DNA of 64,000 nucleotides from Eledone cirrhosa (GCA_964016885.1 OZ024751.1:46810001-46874000); one strand, 5' to 3'. Positions 1 to 14,895 are shown, numbered from the stretch's first letter. Made by a program: numbers and translations. The notes: generated by a model from the sequence alone, not told the origin.

Positions 1-150
1 TTGTCCAGACGCTGGGCCTCCGAGTTCAAATCCTACTTAGCATACTGTCACCGGAAAAGCGGTGTCGCTTCAGTCAACATTTGCGACCGACAGATAGTAT
101 CAGCAATGAAAAGATCAATGGAAACATTGTTTCCTTGGTCCGGTTAGGAA
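1..150 (+). mobile_element. Partial tRNA-derived SINE (family 2 tail)
   Basis: B-box-like GAGTTCAAATCC near 22-33. The tail TTGCGACCGACAGATAGTATCAGCAATGAAAAGATCAATGGAAACATTGTTTCC matches 62320-62380 and the reverse complement of 41480-41550. Confidence 0.65.
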
Positions 151-496
151 AAGTGGGTCCTTTTCCTTTCCCAATTTTTTAAGTATATATTTCTTTTTTC
201 GTTTGTTTGTTTTTACTGTCCGTTGTGTGTGTTTTGTGCACGTGTTAATACCACTACATCTTTTGTTAGTGGACATGATGTGTGTAACTAGCTGACGGGT
301 CACTTGTAAAGTATTGTGAAGATTGTGTAAAAAAAGAATAGTTTCAGGGTGTGTGGGTGGTAGTTAATATGGGAGATGGGAGGACAAGGTATTTTACCAG
401 GCGGTGTGTATATGTGTATGTGCTCAAACGTGTATGTATACATGCATATGCGTGCGTGTATGTATGTATATGTATGAAAGTGTATGTGTGTGTATA

Positions 497-687
497 CAGC
501 TAGAATTCCGTTATAACGAATACCATTATAACGAATTTTTCAGTATAACGAATTTTTTTTCAATCCCCGTGGTAATAACAAACAAATGTTCCATTTGTTT
601 CGGCCGATCTCGTTATAAAGAATTTTTCGTTACAACGAATTTTTTTTTTATATACCTCGTAAATTTCGTTATAACGGAATATCACTG
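497..687. mobile_element. Tc1/mariner (pogo/Tigger-like) MITE
   Basis: Flanked by TA on both sides. Imperfect TIRs CAGCTAGAATTCCGTTATAACGAA / TTCGTTATAACGGAATATCACTG, internal TATAACGAA repeats, no coding capacity. Confidence 0.8.
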
Positions 688-1493
688 TATATGTATAAGT
701 CACGAACGTATATGTATATATGCGTACGCTTGCGTGTATGTATGTGTATCTAAGTGTATGTGTGTATATATGTATGAATTACGAACATGTATGTAAACAT
801 GTATACGCGTGTGTGTGTGTGTATGTATGTATATGTAAGTCTATGTGTGTATATATGTATTGTTGGTGCTGTTACTGTTGTCGTGTCTGTTTAGGGTTGT
901 GTTGATGATGGTGGGAGGTGAGACGGTGGTATTGCAGTGGTATGGCCCGTAGCTTTATTTGGAGGAGGGGAGGGGGGGGGGGGCAATGGTGATCATGTTA
1001 ATAATAATCAAACCAACGATCAAAGGCGTTCCATCCATGACCCCTTATTTAAAGAGTTCTTCCATTTTGAAAGAGTAATTGGGAGGATCTTTTAGTTGTT
1101 ATCTCTAACAGGGAGAGCAACCATCTAGTGGTCGAGGGTGGTGGAGGTAGGTGTGTTAGGGGCTGGGGTGTGGTTTCAGGCGATGGGGTCAATTTGAACA
1201 ATACATTATTGGTAATAGAACTATTGCGAAGAGAAGTGATAAAGAAATAGTGAAAGGAGTGACATGATTAGAGGTATGGGGGTTGGGGGGTTGGGGGGGG
1301 GGATAAGTGGCTTAATTGATTGACCAGTGACGTCACAGTATGTGGGCGCACGCCTTTATATGGAGTGGTGTGATGGCGGAAGATATGTAGGTAAATGAAA
1401 GAGAGACACACATAATGAGACTGGGATACATACAAACATTCATACATACATGTATATGTGTATACATATATACATGTATACATATATATGTAT

Positions 1494-1528
<35 letters not shown>

Positions 1529-1683
1529 AATATATATAAATATATATATATATATAAATATATATAAATATATATATATACACGCCCACAGACATACATA
1601 AATATATGCTATATGCTTGCATATATACATACGCATACATACATGTACATATATGTGTGTATACACACACACACACACACATA

Positions 1684-1771
<88 letters not shown>

Positions 1772-1786
1772 GTATATATATTATCT

Positions 1787-1824
<38 letters not shown>

Positions 1825-1844
1825 GTATACATATATGTGTGTAT

Positions 1845-1945
<101 letters not shown>

Positions 1946-2019
1946 GTATATATATTATCTATATATATATATAAATATATATATATATATGTATATATAT
2001 ACATACATACATATATATT

Positions 2020-2121
<102 letters not shown>

Positions 2122-2122
2122 A

Positions 2123-2157
<35 letters not shown>

Positions 2158-2428
2158 TATACATAAATATATATATATATGTGTATATACATGTATATAT
2201 GTCCTGTAGTCATGTTGTTAGTTGTGTCGTTCAAGAGTCCTTAATGAAGTAATGTGGTCAGTGACACGTGCAGTGATTTTAGACAATGAAACTGTTAGGG
2301 TGGCGAGGGTGGTAGTGGTAGTGATGGTGGTGGTGGTGGAGGTGGTGGTAGTGGCGGAGGTGGTGCTGGTAGTGGTGGTGGTAGTGGTGCTGGTGGTGTC
2401 GGTGCTGGTGGTATTGTGGCAGTGATAG

Positions 2429-2502
<74 letters not shown>

Positions 2503-2517
2503 AAACTTTTGCATATA

Positions 2518-2643
<126 letters not shown>

Positions 2644-2711
2644 TATATATATATATATATATGTATATATCAACTAGAAATAGATTGACATATATAGATA
2701 TATAGTGGATA

Positions 2712-3218
2712 TGGCGCATTTCTCTCAGACATGACAACCCTTAATTTAATTTTGGATATATATATATATACATATATACATATATGTATATATATATATA
2801 TATATATATAACTGTTTCTATTTTTGGCACAAGGCCACCAATTACCCACAATAACAACATCAATAACAACAACAACAATAGTAATAACAACAACAACAAC
2901 AGTAACATCAACAACAGGAACAATAATTGCAACAACAATGGCAATATCAAATAAGTGTTTCTACTTTTGGCACAAGGCCAGCAATACACCAGTGCATTAC
3001 TGGTACTTTATTTTATCAACCCCGTAAGGATGAAAGGCAAAGTTAACCTCGACGGGATTAACTTTGCCTTTCATCCTTATGGGGTCGATAAAATAAAGTA
3101 CCAGTAATGTACTGGGTATTGTTGGCCTTGTGCCAAAAATAGAAACAGTTATTTATATATATATATATATATCCAAAATTAAATTAAGGGTTGTTATGTC
3201 TGAGAGAAATGCGCCATA
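2712..3218. repeat. Composite fold-back (SINE 3' half + (TA)n + adjacent element end)
   Basis: Arms are reverse complements around ~3047-3057: TATGGCGCATTTCTCTCAGACAT...GGCAAAGTTAA / TTAACTTTGCC...ATGTCTGAGAGAAATGCGCCATA. The left arm has an extra duplicated segment. Confidence 0.85.
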
Positions 3219-3419
3219 ACGGAGATGAATTAGTCTTGCGAGGTTTTTGATATGAAATCGTGTGTCGAAACAAATATTGTTATACTTCGGGAGGGTCATA
3301 TTTGTGTAATAATATTGCCAGAATTAATAACAGAATACACTCAATAGGCATACAATACAACGGGAGGAAACATAGTAGCATATCAAGAAAATATATATAT
3401 ATATTTTCTTGATATATTT

Positions 3420-4393
3420 CTTTTTTCTTTTTTTCTTTTTTCTCTTTTTTCTTTCTATTCTTTCCTCTTTAATGTTTATTTATTTTTTATTTTCTTAGTT
3501 TATAGATACATCTATATTAGGCAGTCTGCTCAGACCGTTGAATACTGACCTCTCCCCCCCCCCCCCCCCTCCCACCTAATTTCTGTATCTTGATCTAAAA
3601 ATGTGTGTGCCAGTGTTTATGTGAGTGAATTAATATCCATGTGCTTATGATTTTATATCCACATATATAAATGTGAGTGGGGGTGTGTGTGTGTTTGTAT
3701 GTTCGTGGTTATGTGTATATTTATGCATATACGCGCGTGTATGTGTGATTGTACGGATATGTGTGAGTATGAAAAAATATATTTATATACTTAATTTCAT
3801 ACTTGTGTCAATACGCATCTTATCTGTGCATTATAAACTTACAGAGACATTAACCTTGAAATTTTGTATTTGCATCCATCCTTTTAGTATGCGTATACAA
3901 ATTATACATACATTTTTGTAAAATATGTGTAAGGGTTTTACATGTATATACACACACGGAACTGCATTTAACCCTTTGTGTTTTCATTGGTCAATTTTTG
4001 TTCCCAAACGGACCTGAAATTTTGAATTGTTGTTATTATCAATAAATATACTTCATTATTTCTGAAGACGGCGTATATATGTGTTGGTATGTATATTTAA
4101 TCTTGATAGTTTGTATAATTTTGTATAATTTTGTACATAGATCTGTTGAATATGCATACCAATTCTAACACATATATATCCTAGAAACGATCGTTAAATA
4201 ATGAACTTTTTTTGTTTAATATAAGGAATTGTTTATTCATTATTTGTTTAATATTTTATCTTGACTCTGTATACCGTTTATCTTTCACCGAAAGTGATTT
4301 TTCATTACATCTCTTCTTTCCATGATATCCGGAATACATTGAGTTCTTCATACGGATTGGACACTACCGTAAATTCTTGGTAGATTTATCTAC
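3420..4393 (+). mobile_element. 3'-terminal ~1 kb copy of the Penelope-like element (3' region + pLTR)
   Basis: Near-identical reverse complement of ~12925-13880, ending GGTAGATTTATCTACA directly into (TA)n. Confidence 0.88.
4052..4205 (+). ncRNA. Type I hammerhead ribozyme motif with long stem II (PLE pLTR)
   Basis: Stem I TTCATTATTT/AAATAATGAA (10 bp), CTGAAGA core, ~115-nt stem II (TATATATGTGTT/AACACATATATA, TGGTATGTATATT/AATATGCATACCA), GAAA-CGATCG-TT with palindromic stem III and GUU triplet. The base of stem II pairs imperfectly. Confidence 0.7.
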
Positions 4394-4438
<45 letters not shown>

Positions 4439-4442
<4 letters not shown>

Positions 4443-4586
4443 AACGAGTAGGACCCCGACGGCTGAGCTCAAGCCGTTTCGACGGCTAATTCTGGACTAC
4501 TCGTTCCTATTACCCACTCTACTACCCTAAGTATTGAGTACTTTGGTGCGTTATGGTCCACCTGGTTCCTTACCACATTTCCTTCG

Positions 4587-4589
<3 letters not shown>
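4439..4589 (+). mobile_element. TA-inserted fold-back element, family A
   Basis: Inverted arm TAGGAACGAGTAGGACCCCGACGG... joined to the tail CCTATTACCCACTCTACTACCCTAAG...CCTTCGTTA, with (TA)n on both sides. Confidence 0.85.
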
Positions 4590-4645
<56 letters not shown>

Positions 4646-4687
4646 CAACATGACCCTCCCAAAGTATAACAATATATATATATATAT

Positions 4688-4730
<43 letters not shown>

Positions 4731-4740
4731 CATACATATA

Positions 4741-4885
4741 TAACAAAGAAGGTGTGGTAAGATGCCAGGTGGACCATAACGCACCAGAGTACTCAAAACT
4801 TAGCGTAGTAGAGTGGGTAATAGGAACATGTTCAACACCCCGACGGCAGAGCCCCGGCCGCTTCGACAGCTAGGTCCGGACCACG
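4741..4885 (-). mobile_element. Family A element, diverged copy
   Basis: Reverse-orientation match to the family A tail and the GACGGC...GCCG region. Confidence 0.75.
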
Positions 4886-4949
4886 TTGCTGAATGGAGTA
4901 ATTGTACCATTCTCCATAGTTAGCAGCAAAAGCAACTACAATCAACATC

Positions 4950-4965
4950 TCCACCACCACCTACC

Positions 4966-5051
<86 letters not shown>

Positions 5052-5971
5052 CACCACCACCACTACCACCACCACCACTGCCACCACCACCACTGCCACC
5101 ACCACCACTGCCACCACCACCACTGCCACCACCACCACTGCCACCACCACCACTACCACCACCACCACTACCACCACCACCACTGCCACCACCACCACTG
5201 CCACCACCACCACTACCACCACCACCACTGCCACCACCACCACTGCCACCACCACCACTACCACCGCCACCACTGCCACCACCACCACTGCCACCACCAC
5301 CACTGCCACCACCACCACTGCCACCACCACCACTGCCACCACCACCACTGCCACCACCACCACTACCACCACCACCACTGCCACCACCACCACTACCACC
5401 ACCACCACTGTCATCACCACCACTACCACCACCACCACTGCCACCACCACCACTACCACCACCACCACTGCCACCACCACCACTACCACCACCACCACTG
5501 CCACCACCACCACTACCACCACCACCACTGCCACCACCACCACTGCCACCACCACCACTGCCACCACCACCACTACCACCACCACCACCACTACCACCAC
5601 CACCACTGCCACCACCACCACTACCACCACCACCACCACTACCACCACCACCACTGCCACCACCACCACCACTACCACCACCACCACTGCCACCACCACC
5701 ACTACCACCACCACCACTGCCACCACCACCACTACCACCACCACCACTGCCACCACCACCACTGCCACCACCACCACTGCCACCACCACCACTACCACCA
5801 CCACCACTACCACCACCACCACTGCCACCACCACCACTACCACCACCACCACTGCCACCACCACCACTACCATCACCACCACTACCACCACCACCACCAC
5901 TGCCACCACCACCACTACCACCACCACCACTGCCACCACCACCACTACCACCACCACCACTACCACCACCT

Positions 5972-6029
<58 letters not shown>

Positions 6030-6030
6030 A
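4950..6030. repeat. 15-bp minisatellite (CCACCACCACCACTR)n flanked by (CTA)n
   Basis: Regular period visible, producing the LPPPP pseudo-ORF. Confidence 0.9.
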
Positions 6031-6099
6031 GTAGCATCACTACCGCCGCCACTTCTATTAACACTACTTCTACTATCAGTAGCGCGATAACAAACTCAA

Positions 6100-7060
6100 A
6101 CATCACCACCACCATCATCAGCACCATTACCACCACCACCACCACCATCATCACCACCATTACCACCACCACCACCACCATCATCATCATCACCACCACC
6201 ACCATCATCACCACCATCACCACCACCACCTCCACCACCACCATCACCACCATCACCACCACCACCATCATCACCACCACCACCACCACCACCACCACCA
6301 CCATCATCACCATCATCACCACCACCACCTCCACCACCACCATCACCACCATCACCACCACCACCATCATCACCACCACCACCACCACCACCACCACCAT
6401 CATCACCATCATCACCACCACCACCTCCACCACCACCATCACCACCATCACCACCACCACCACCATCACCGTCACCACCACCACCATCATCACCGTCACC
6501 ACCACCACCACCATCATCACCATCACCACCACCACCACCATCATCACCGTCACCACCACCACCACCATCATCACCATCACCACCACCACCATCATCACCG
6601 TCATCACCACCACCACCACCACCACCACCACCACCATCACCACCACCACCATCACAACTCTCCTATTCCGCCTCTCATCTTTCTTCTTATCTATCATCGA
6701 CATCATTAAAACACACACCACTGTCTCCCCCACCCCAACCCACCTCCTTCTATTCCAGGCCCGGGCACTATTGCCCCCACCCCCCTCTCCACCATCTCCA
6801 CATCACCACAATCGCCTTCTGCATCTCCACCACCACCTACACCACCACCGCCACTACTACCGCCATCACCACCACCACCACCACCGCCACTACTACCGCC
6901 ACCGCCATCACCACCACCACCATTACCACGACGACCAACACCACCAAGATCCCACTACTACTGTCGGCTGTACTACAACTACTACTACTACTAATATTAC
7001 TACTACTACTACTACTATTACTGCTACAACTAATACAACTACAACTACTACCACTACTAG

Positions 7061-7105
<45 letters not shown>

Positions 7106-7108
7106 AAA

Positions 7109-7155
<47 letters not shown>

Positions 7156-7178
7156 CGCTACCACTACTACTATAACAA

Positions 7179-7240
<62 letters not shown>

Positions 7241-8130
7241 GCCGGCAGCTCCACCACCTCCAGCACCACCACCACCACCTCCAGCACCACCACCACCACC
7301 TCCACCACCACCACCACCTCCACCACCTCCCTACCTCCACCACCACAACAACCACCACCACCACCACCACCACCACCACCACCACCACCACCACCACCAC
7401 CACCACCACCACTTCCACCACCACCACCACCACCTCCACTACCCCCACAACACCACCACCACCACCACCCTTTACAACCCCCCGCTCCCTTCTCATCGTT
7501 TGTCCACCTCTGAGATATACGGTCGCTTCTCTGTGGTCGACCAAAATGTCTTCCAAAAACAATGAAAGCCGAGACGAAGTGTTGTTTCGAGCGCCATCTG
7601 TGTGTAAGGAACATTAACATACAGGCCCCACGTAGTGCTACAGACCACCACCACCACCACCACCGTTCAACCGTCTCCACCACCACCACCATCACCCCCA
7701 CAGTTACACCACCGTTCAACCGTCTCCATCACCACCACCACCACCACTACCGTTACCACCAACACCACCATCACCCCCACAGTTACACCACCGTTCAACC
7801 GTCTCCACCACCACCACCACCACCGTTCAACCGTCTCCATCACCACCACCTCCACTACTACCGTTACCACCAACACCATCACCACCACAGTTACACCACC
7901 GTTCAACCGTCTCCACCACCACCACTACTGCCATTACCATTACCACCACCAACACCACCACCAACAACACCACCACCAACACCACCACCACAGTTACACC
8001 ACCGTTCAATCGTCTCCACCACCATTACCACCACCGCCATCACCACCATCATCCCCACCACCATCACCATTACCACCACCGCCACCATCACCGCCACCAC
8101 CACTGTTCAACCGTCTCTGAACCACACCAC
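6100..8130. repeat. CAC/CAT/TAC low-complexity tract, including a recurring CACCACCGTTCAACCGTCTCCA motif (~7655-8120)
   Basis: Direct inspection. Confidence 0.85.
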
Positions 8131-8751
8131 CACCGCCACCTTCACAAAAATCTTGATATCATCCCCTCATCTTCACACCCCAAAATTTTAATTCTGTTAA
8201 CCAATCACTCCCCCTCCTCTCTCTCCTTCCTTTTCCTTCTTTTTCTCTGATTATTAAATATAACCCTTCCCCCTTCACTTATTACTTCATTCCCTCTCTT
8301 TCTCTTTCTCTATCTTCTCGCGGTTTCTCTCTCTCACTCTCTCTCTCTCTCCTTATCTTCTCTCTCTCCCTCATACTCTCTTTTCCACCATATTTTTCTT
8401 TTAATATCTCCGTTCTCCTCCCCCCCCCCAAACTCTTACGCACTCTCTCCTTTTCTCATTCTCTCATGATATCTCTCTTCTACAATATCCGTCCGCCACC
8501 CCACCCACCCCCGTTACAGCCTCCCCCACTACACAGCTCTCGGTATCTCTACGGGTGAGCGGTAGGTGGTTTGTCAGTTAAACTGAAGCAATGACAATCG
8601 GCAGATTTGACTGGGCGACCATTTTCTCTTTAGTTTTTCTTTCTTTCTAACCGCCTCCTCCATTTTGTCATTTCATTAGTGTTGTTGCTGTTATTTATTA
8701 TTGTCATTACTATCATCATCATCATCATCATCATCATCATAATTATTATTA

Positions 8752-8802
<51 letters not shown>

Positions 8803-8893
8803 GCTCGAGTAAGCTCGAGCTTATTGTAAACCCCCACTGTCCGTGTCTTTGTATTGTCCTCTACATGTCGGCCCTTGTGGCTAATAAATGAAA

Positions 8894-8942
<49 letters not shown>

Positions 8943-9400
8943 CATTATTATTATTGTTGTTGTTGTTATTGTTGTAGTAATTGTCATCATTGTCATAGTC
9001 GTTGTTGCTGTGGTTGTCGTCTTTTTTTTTTTTTCGCCGTCAGCAATTCAATGTATGATTGCCAAATAAGCCAACAAATAGATAAATAAATAAATAAACC
9101 AATAAATAAATCAAGAAAGAAATAAGTAAATAAATAAATAAATAAGTACAACGTATATAAGGACGAAAGCAACAATATGTACAGTAACAACTACAAGATC
9201 AACAGTAATAACGTAATTGAGTGCCCGAATCATTCAGCTAACGACCATCTACAATTGTTCTCCCTCTCCCACTATCTCCCCATCGTCCCACAAAAATTGA
9301 AGAAATGGGAGTGGGTATTCCTAGCTCCAAGAGGTTTTGTTATTTATTGCCCCAGAATAATGGTGAAGTTTCTCTTTCGCTATCAGTTGATCTGATCTAT

Positions 9401-9600
9401 AATTGTTTCTACTTTGGGCACAAGACCAGCAATTTGAAGGGAAGGGGAGGAGAAAGTCTATTATATCTACCCGAGTGAGTTACAGGCATTTTATTTTATC
9501 GATCCCGTAACGGTGAGAAGCAAAGCTAACCTCGGTGGGATTTGATCTCAGAACGTAAAGGGACGTAACTATATGCTGCAAAGAATGTTGTACAACGCTA
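9401..9600 (-). mobile_element. Diverged tRNA/Nin-domain SINE (family 1)
   Basis: AATTGTTTCTACTTT..GCACAAG, TTTATTTTATCGATCCCG and CCTCGGTGGGATTTGATCTCAG match the family 1 consensus. Confidence 0.75.
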
Positions 9601-9824
9601 CACCATGATTTCTTACTAAGGCACAAGGCCAATGATTTTTTTTAGGGGGAAAAGGGAGAGTTTTTCAATATGGAAGTCTTCTTCTTTGTGATTAAATGAC
9701 ATCTATTTGTACCATACACATAGGATGTGTTTTACTCTATGATCTTCCATTTAATATCAAAATTAGTACCATCTACTTTTAAGTCCAGATTTAGAATGAC
9801 AGCATGTTTGAAGGACGCAATATG

Positions 9825-9887
<63 letters not shown>

Positions 9888-9891
<4 letters not shown>

Positions 9892-10112
9892 TAAACAAAA
9901 AACGGTTAATTCATAGTAAAACTGAGTTTTACTATGAATTAACCGTTTTTGTTTAATTTCATTGTTTTAATATTTCTATTTTTGACTCTGTATCCAATGA
10001 ATTATATCGTTGAAAATTTTGTATTTTAAACTTTGCTTCACGACATCTTCTACATACGGATTACATTGAGTTCTTCATGCGGTTTAGACCCTACCATTGA
10101 TTGGTAGATTTA

Positions 10113-10117
<5 letters not shown>
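9888..10117 (+). mobile_element. Short fold-back PLE 3' end related to the large element
   Basis: 5' hairpin AAATTAAACAAAAAACGGTTAATTCATAGTAAAAC-TGA-GTTTTACTATGAATTAACCGTTTTTGTTTAATTT. The tail TACATTGAGTTCTTCATGCGG...TGGTAGATTTATCT resembles 4335-4392. Sits in (TA)n. Confidence 0.8.
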
Positions 10118-10152
<35 letters not shown>

Positions 10153-10207
10153 AAAAGAGTCAGGACCCCGACGGCTGAGCTCCGGCCGTTTCGACAGTTA
10201 GATCAGA

Positions 10208-10256
<49 letters not shown>

Positions 10257-10338
10257 TGTATGTATGTATGTATGTATGTATGTATGTATGTATGTATGTA
10301 TGTTTGTATTTATGTATGTATCTATGTATGTATGTATG

Positions 10339-10366
<28 letters not shown>

Positions 10367-10371
<5 letters not shown>

Positions 10372-10730
10372 CAGCAGGAGGGCTCAAACGACATGCAAAA
10401 GTACATGAAATCCAACCACAGCCGGCTATTCCCAGTGAATGTTTTGGTTGCCAACTCTGTGCAAGACATTTTAGATCATTGGCTGGGCTAAAAGGCCACA
10501 TTCGATCGCAGCGCTGTTAATTGCTATCGTGTGTGTGTGTGTAGATATGTTTATGTGTGCGCGTGTGTATATATATATATATATATGTATATTATTATTG
10601 TTGTTGTTGTCGTTATTATTATTGTTGTTATTATTATTATTATAGTTATGAAACAATTATTGTTATTATTATGGGTTTTTTTTTCTCGTGCAATGGCCAT
10701 ACTCGATAACGAGGGGGCAGCCATCATGTA
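10367..10730 (+). mobile_element. LINE (RTE-like) 3' end relic with C2H2-like motifs
   Basis: Translation CKSAGGLKRHAKVH...CQLCARHFRSLAGLKGHIRSQ. The terminal GGCCATACTCGATAACGAGGGGGCAGCCATCAT matches the end at ~53864-53895. Confidence 0.6.
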
Positions 10731-10859
10731 TGTTTGTGTGTGTATGTGCATTCGTATACACAGAGAGCCCTTAATTTAGGTACAGCGTATTTTCTGGTAG
10801 ATGTTGAAGCAAAAGACAAGATGATGTGTGTCTGACATACGATAAGCAAAGCTTTATCT

Positions 10860-11090
10860 GTTGTTCTAATAAGAGATAACAAAATATTCCTACTGTGTCT
10901 GCATATTGATATTAACTGTTGGTGTGGACTAATATTGATATGATATTTCTCTGTCAAACATAGATTGCACTGTTTTAGATTATAATTGTATAAAGTAGTT
11001 CTGTCTAAGATAGAACATGATATGTCAGTGAACTGAACCATATCTTTCATGTGTAAAACGTATTTCGAAAATGGTGCTCTTCTTTTTGAG
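10860..11090 (-). pseudogene. Degenerate Penelope-like GIY-YIG endonuclease C-terminal fragment
   Basis: ISCSILDRTTLYNYNLKQCNLCLTEKYHI...QLISICRH aligns by eye with LTWSVLKRATPYQNNRNECRLCSQELFEI...ELIISCNH of the 17508-18908 ORF. Confidence 0.75.
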
Positions 11091-12080
11091 AGTGGAGGCG
11101 ATAGACAATAAAGACCGAAGGTAAAGTACAGCAGAAGAGGGCGTGGTTTTTTTTACCTGAGAGAAAGAGTGGGGGATCCTATAGTAAAGAGGGAGGTAAT
11201 TCGCTGTGCATCAGGGAAAGACAGAGAAAGAGAGAAAAAGAGTTAGAGAGAGAGAGTGTGTGAGTGTGAGAGAGAGAGAGAGAGGTAGAAAGACTGTAAA
11301 GGTGGAGAAAGATAGACTTATTAGAAAGAGAGTTTAGAGAAAAAGAGAAAGGTGCGGCGATACTTGCCGTAGTGGACTTTGAGAAGAAATGGAGAGAAAT
11401 CGCAAGGAAGAGGGAGGGAGGGAGCGAGAGAGGAGCGTTTCCAGCCGTGGCTGAACGAATATATGGGCGGGTCTGATATGTCTTGACAAAGATCAGGAGA
11501 GAAGATTTGTTGTAGCAGGCGAAGAGAAGAAGCAAGAGAAAAAGAGAGGAGGGGGAGTTAGAGAAAGAGAGGAGAGGGAGTTAGAGAAAGAGAGAAGGGG
11601 GACAGAGAAAAGGTGGAGGAGGAAGCAGAGAAAGAGAGAAGAAGGATGCAGCGAAAGTAAGGAGGAGGCAGCGAAAGAGAAGAGAGGAGGCAGAGAAAGA
11701 CAGAGGAGGGCTAGAGAAAGGAAGGAGGGGGATGTAGAGAAGGAGAGGAGGGGTAGAGAAAGAGAGGAGAGAGGGTAGAGAAAGAAAGGAGGGGGAGGTA
11801 GAGATGAAATGAGAGAGAGAGAGAACGGGAAACACAAGAGAGAAACAAAGACGACGTGAATGGGAGGTTACATATTGCGTAAGTAGGCGGGGAGAACAGA
11901 GAGAATGTAGGCGTGGAGAACAGAAAAAGTAGGCGTAGACTAAAAATTGACCATCCTATCTAATATATGACCACGACTACATTGTCCAATGTCTTTCATT
12001 AAAGATAATAACGCTTGGTTCGAAGCGGATTTCCTTACTATACAAACTATACAAAGTTCAAGACGCTACATTTTAGGGAC

Positions 12081-12204
<124 letters not shown>

Positions 12205-12212
12205 CACACATA

Positions 12213-12243
<31 letters not shown>

Positions 12244-12257
12244 CATTTTTTTTTTTT

Positions 12258-12685
12258 TCAAAATATTAATAAATGAAGACATTCACATAATCAAAATATA
12301 TGTTTTATTATATATATTTCGAAGGTACTGTGCTGTTTTTTCAGTACGTCCTCGTCAGATAAAATACATGAATTGATGTATGACATACCTCAACGGTCTT
12401 GATGGTTCAATTCCAGTATTGGCAGTACTGGAATTGAATCATCAAGACCGTTGAGGTATGTCATACATCAATTCATGTATTTTATCTGACGAGGACGTAC
12501 TGAAAAAACAGCACAGTACCTTCGAAATATATATAATAAAACATATATTTTGATTACGTGAATGTCTTCATTTATTAATATTTTGAATAATATTAATAAC
12601 TCCAGAAAACTTCATTGTAGAGTGCTTTTAATCTATTGTAAAACTATATTCATTGAGTAATCAATGAACCATATTAATCTTTGGT

Positions 12686-12688
<3 letters not shown>
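12258..12688 (+). mobile_element. TA-inserted fold-back element, family B (hammerhead-bearing)
   Basis: ~160-bp near-perfect inverted arms (12258-12418 / 12427-12587), followed by a ~100-bp unpaired tail (ACTCCAGAAAAC...GAGTGCTT). Confidence 0.88.
12475..12544 (+). ncRNA. Type I hammerhead ribozyme motif (mirror copy on minus at ~12300-12370)
   Basis: TTTTAT-CTGACGA-GGACGTACTG..CAGTACCTTC-GAAA-TATATA-TA-ATAAAA. Confidence 0.8.
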
Positions 12689-12718
<30 letters not shown>

Positions 12719-12751
12719 ATGTATGTATATATGTATATATATATGTATATA

Positions 12752-12855
<104 letters not shown>

Positions 12856-12860
12856 TATAC

Positions 12861-12929
<69 letters not shown>

Positions 12930-13114
12930 GATAAATCTACCAAGAGTTTACGGTAGTGTCCAATCCGTATGAAGAACTCAATGTATTCCGGATATCATGG
13001 AAAGAAGAGATGTAATGAAAAACCACTTTCGGTGAAAGATAAACGGTATACAGAGTCAAGATAAAATATTAAACAAATAATGAATAAACAATTCCTTATA
13101 TTAAACAAAAAAAG

Positions 13115-13269
13115 TTCATTATTTAACGATCGTTTCTAGGATATATATGTGTTAGAATTGGTATGCATATTCAACAGATCTATGTACAAAATTATACAAA
13201 ATTATACAAATTATCAAGATTAAATATACATACCAAACACATATATACGCCGTCTTCAGAAATAATGAA
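13115..13269 (-). ncRNA. Hammerhead motif in the 3' pLTR (sense to the ORF)
   Basis: Reverse complement of the 4052-4205 motif. Confidence 0.7.
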
Positions 13270-13919
13270 GTATATTTATTGATAATAACAACAATTCAAA
13301 ATTTCAGGTCCGTTTGGGAACAAAAATTGACCAATGAAAACACAAAGGGTTAAATGCAGTTCGGTGTGTGTATATACATGTAAAACCCTTACACATATTT
13401 TACAAAAATGTATGTATAAATTGTATACGCATACTAAAAGGATGGATGCAAATACAAAAGTTCAAGGTTAATGTCTCTGTGAGTTATTGACACTTATGAA
13501 GTTAAATATATAAATATATTTTTTCATACTCACACATATCCGTACAATCACACATACACGCGCGTATATGCATAAATATACACATAACCACGAACATACA
13601 AACACACACACACCCCCACTCACATTTATATATGTGGATATAAAATCATAAGCACATGGATATTAATTCACTCACATAAAACACTGGCATACACATTTTC
13701 AGATCAAGATACAGAAATTAGGTGGGAGGGGGGGGGGGGAGGGGTCAGTATTCAACGGTCTGAACAGACTGCCTAATATAAATGTATCTATAAACTAAGA
13801 AAAATAAAACAAATAAAACATAATAAATAAAACATTAAGGAGGAAAGAATAGAAAGAAAAACAGAAAAAAGAAAAAAGAAATATATCAAGAAAATAAATA
13901 TACACAAATACACATACAT

Positions 13920-13968
<49 letters not shown>

Positions 13969-14530
13969 TATATATATATATAAAAAAAACATACATATAT
14001 ATACACACATAGACACTCACACATCCATACATAAATATACACACATATATAAATACATACATACATATACACACATCCACACTAAGAACATACATACACA
14101 CACATATATAAACATATACATATACACACATACATACATATACACATATACATACAAATACACATACACATATATATACACACATATATATATATATATA
14201 TATACACATATATATACATACATATGCATATACACGTACATATACACACACATATACATATAATCACACATACTATACAGACACAGATATATATAACCAC
14301 ACACATACATGCAAATATACAACACTTACATACTAATATACATACAGATATACACATACATAGCTATATATACACACAAATATATACAGATTTACATATA
14401 TACATACAGACAAATACTTACGCATCTATATATCGGTATATCCATACTAACACCACTACACTATCACACAACATAGAAATACAAAGAGAAAGGTATATAC
14501 CTATACACACATAACATATACAAATAGAAA

Positions 14531-14578
<48 letters not shown>

Positions 14579-14895
14579 TACATATACATATATATATATA
14601 TATAACATATATATATATATATATAAATATATATATATACATATATACACACACAAATACACATACATATACATACAGATATATACACATACATACATGT
14701 ACACACACACAGAAATATATACGCATACATACATACACACATACATATAAAGTCATACACACATATACATCTACACGAACATACACATACACATATATAA
14801 AGATATATATACACACACACACACACACGCAACACATACACACATACACATATATATAAAAAATAAATAATAAAGATATATACATATATATATAT

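Noticed and set aside
4886-6034. (LPPPP)n ORF resembling formin FH1/extensin
   Set aside because: Pure 15-bp repeat flanked by (CTA)n, with no adjoining domain or convincing splice context.
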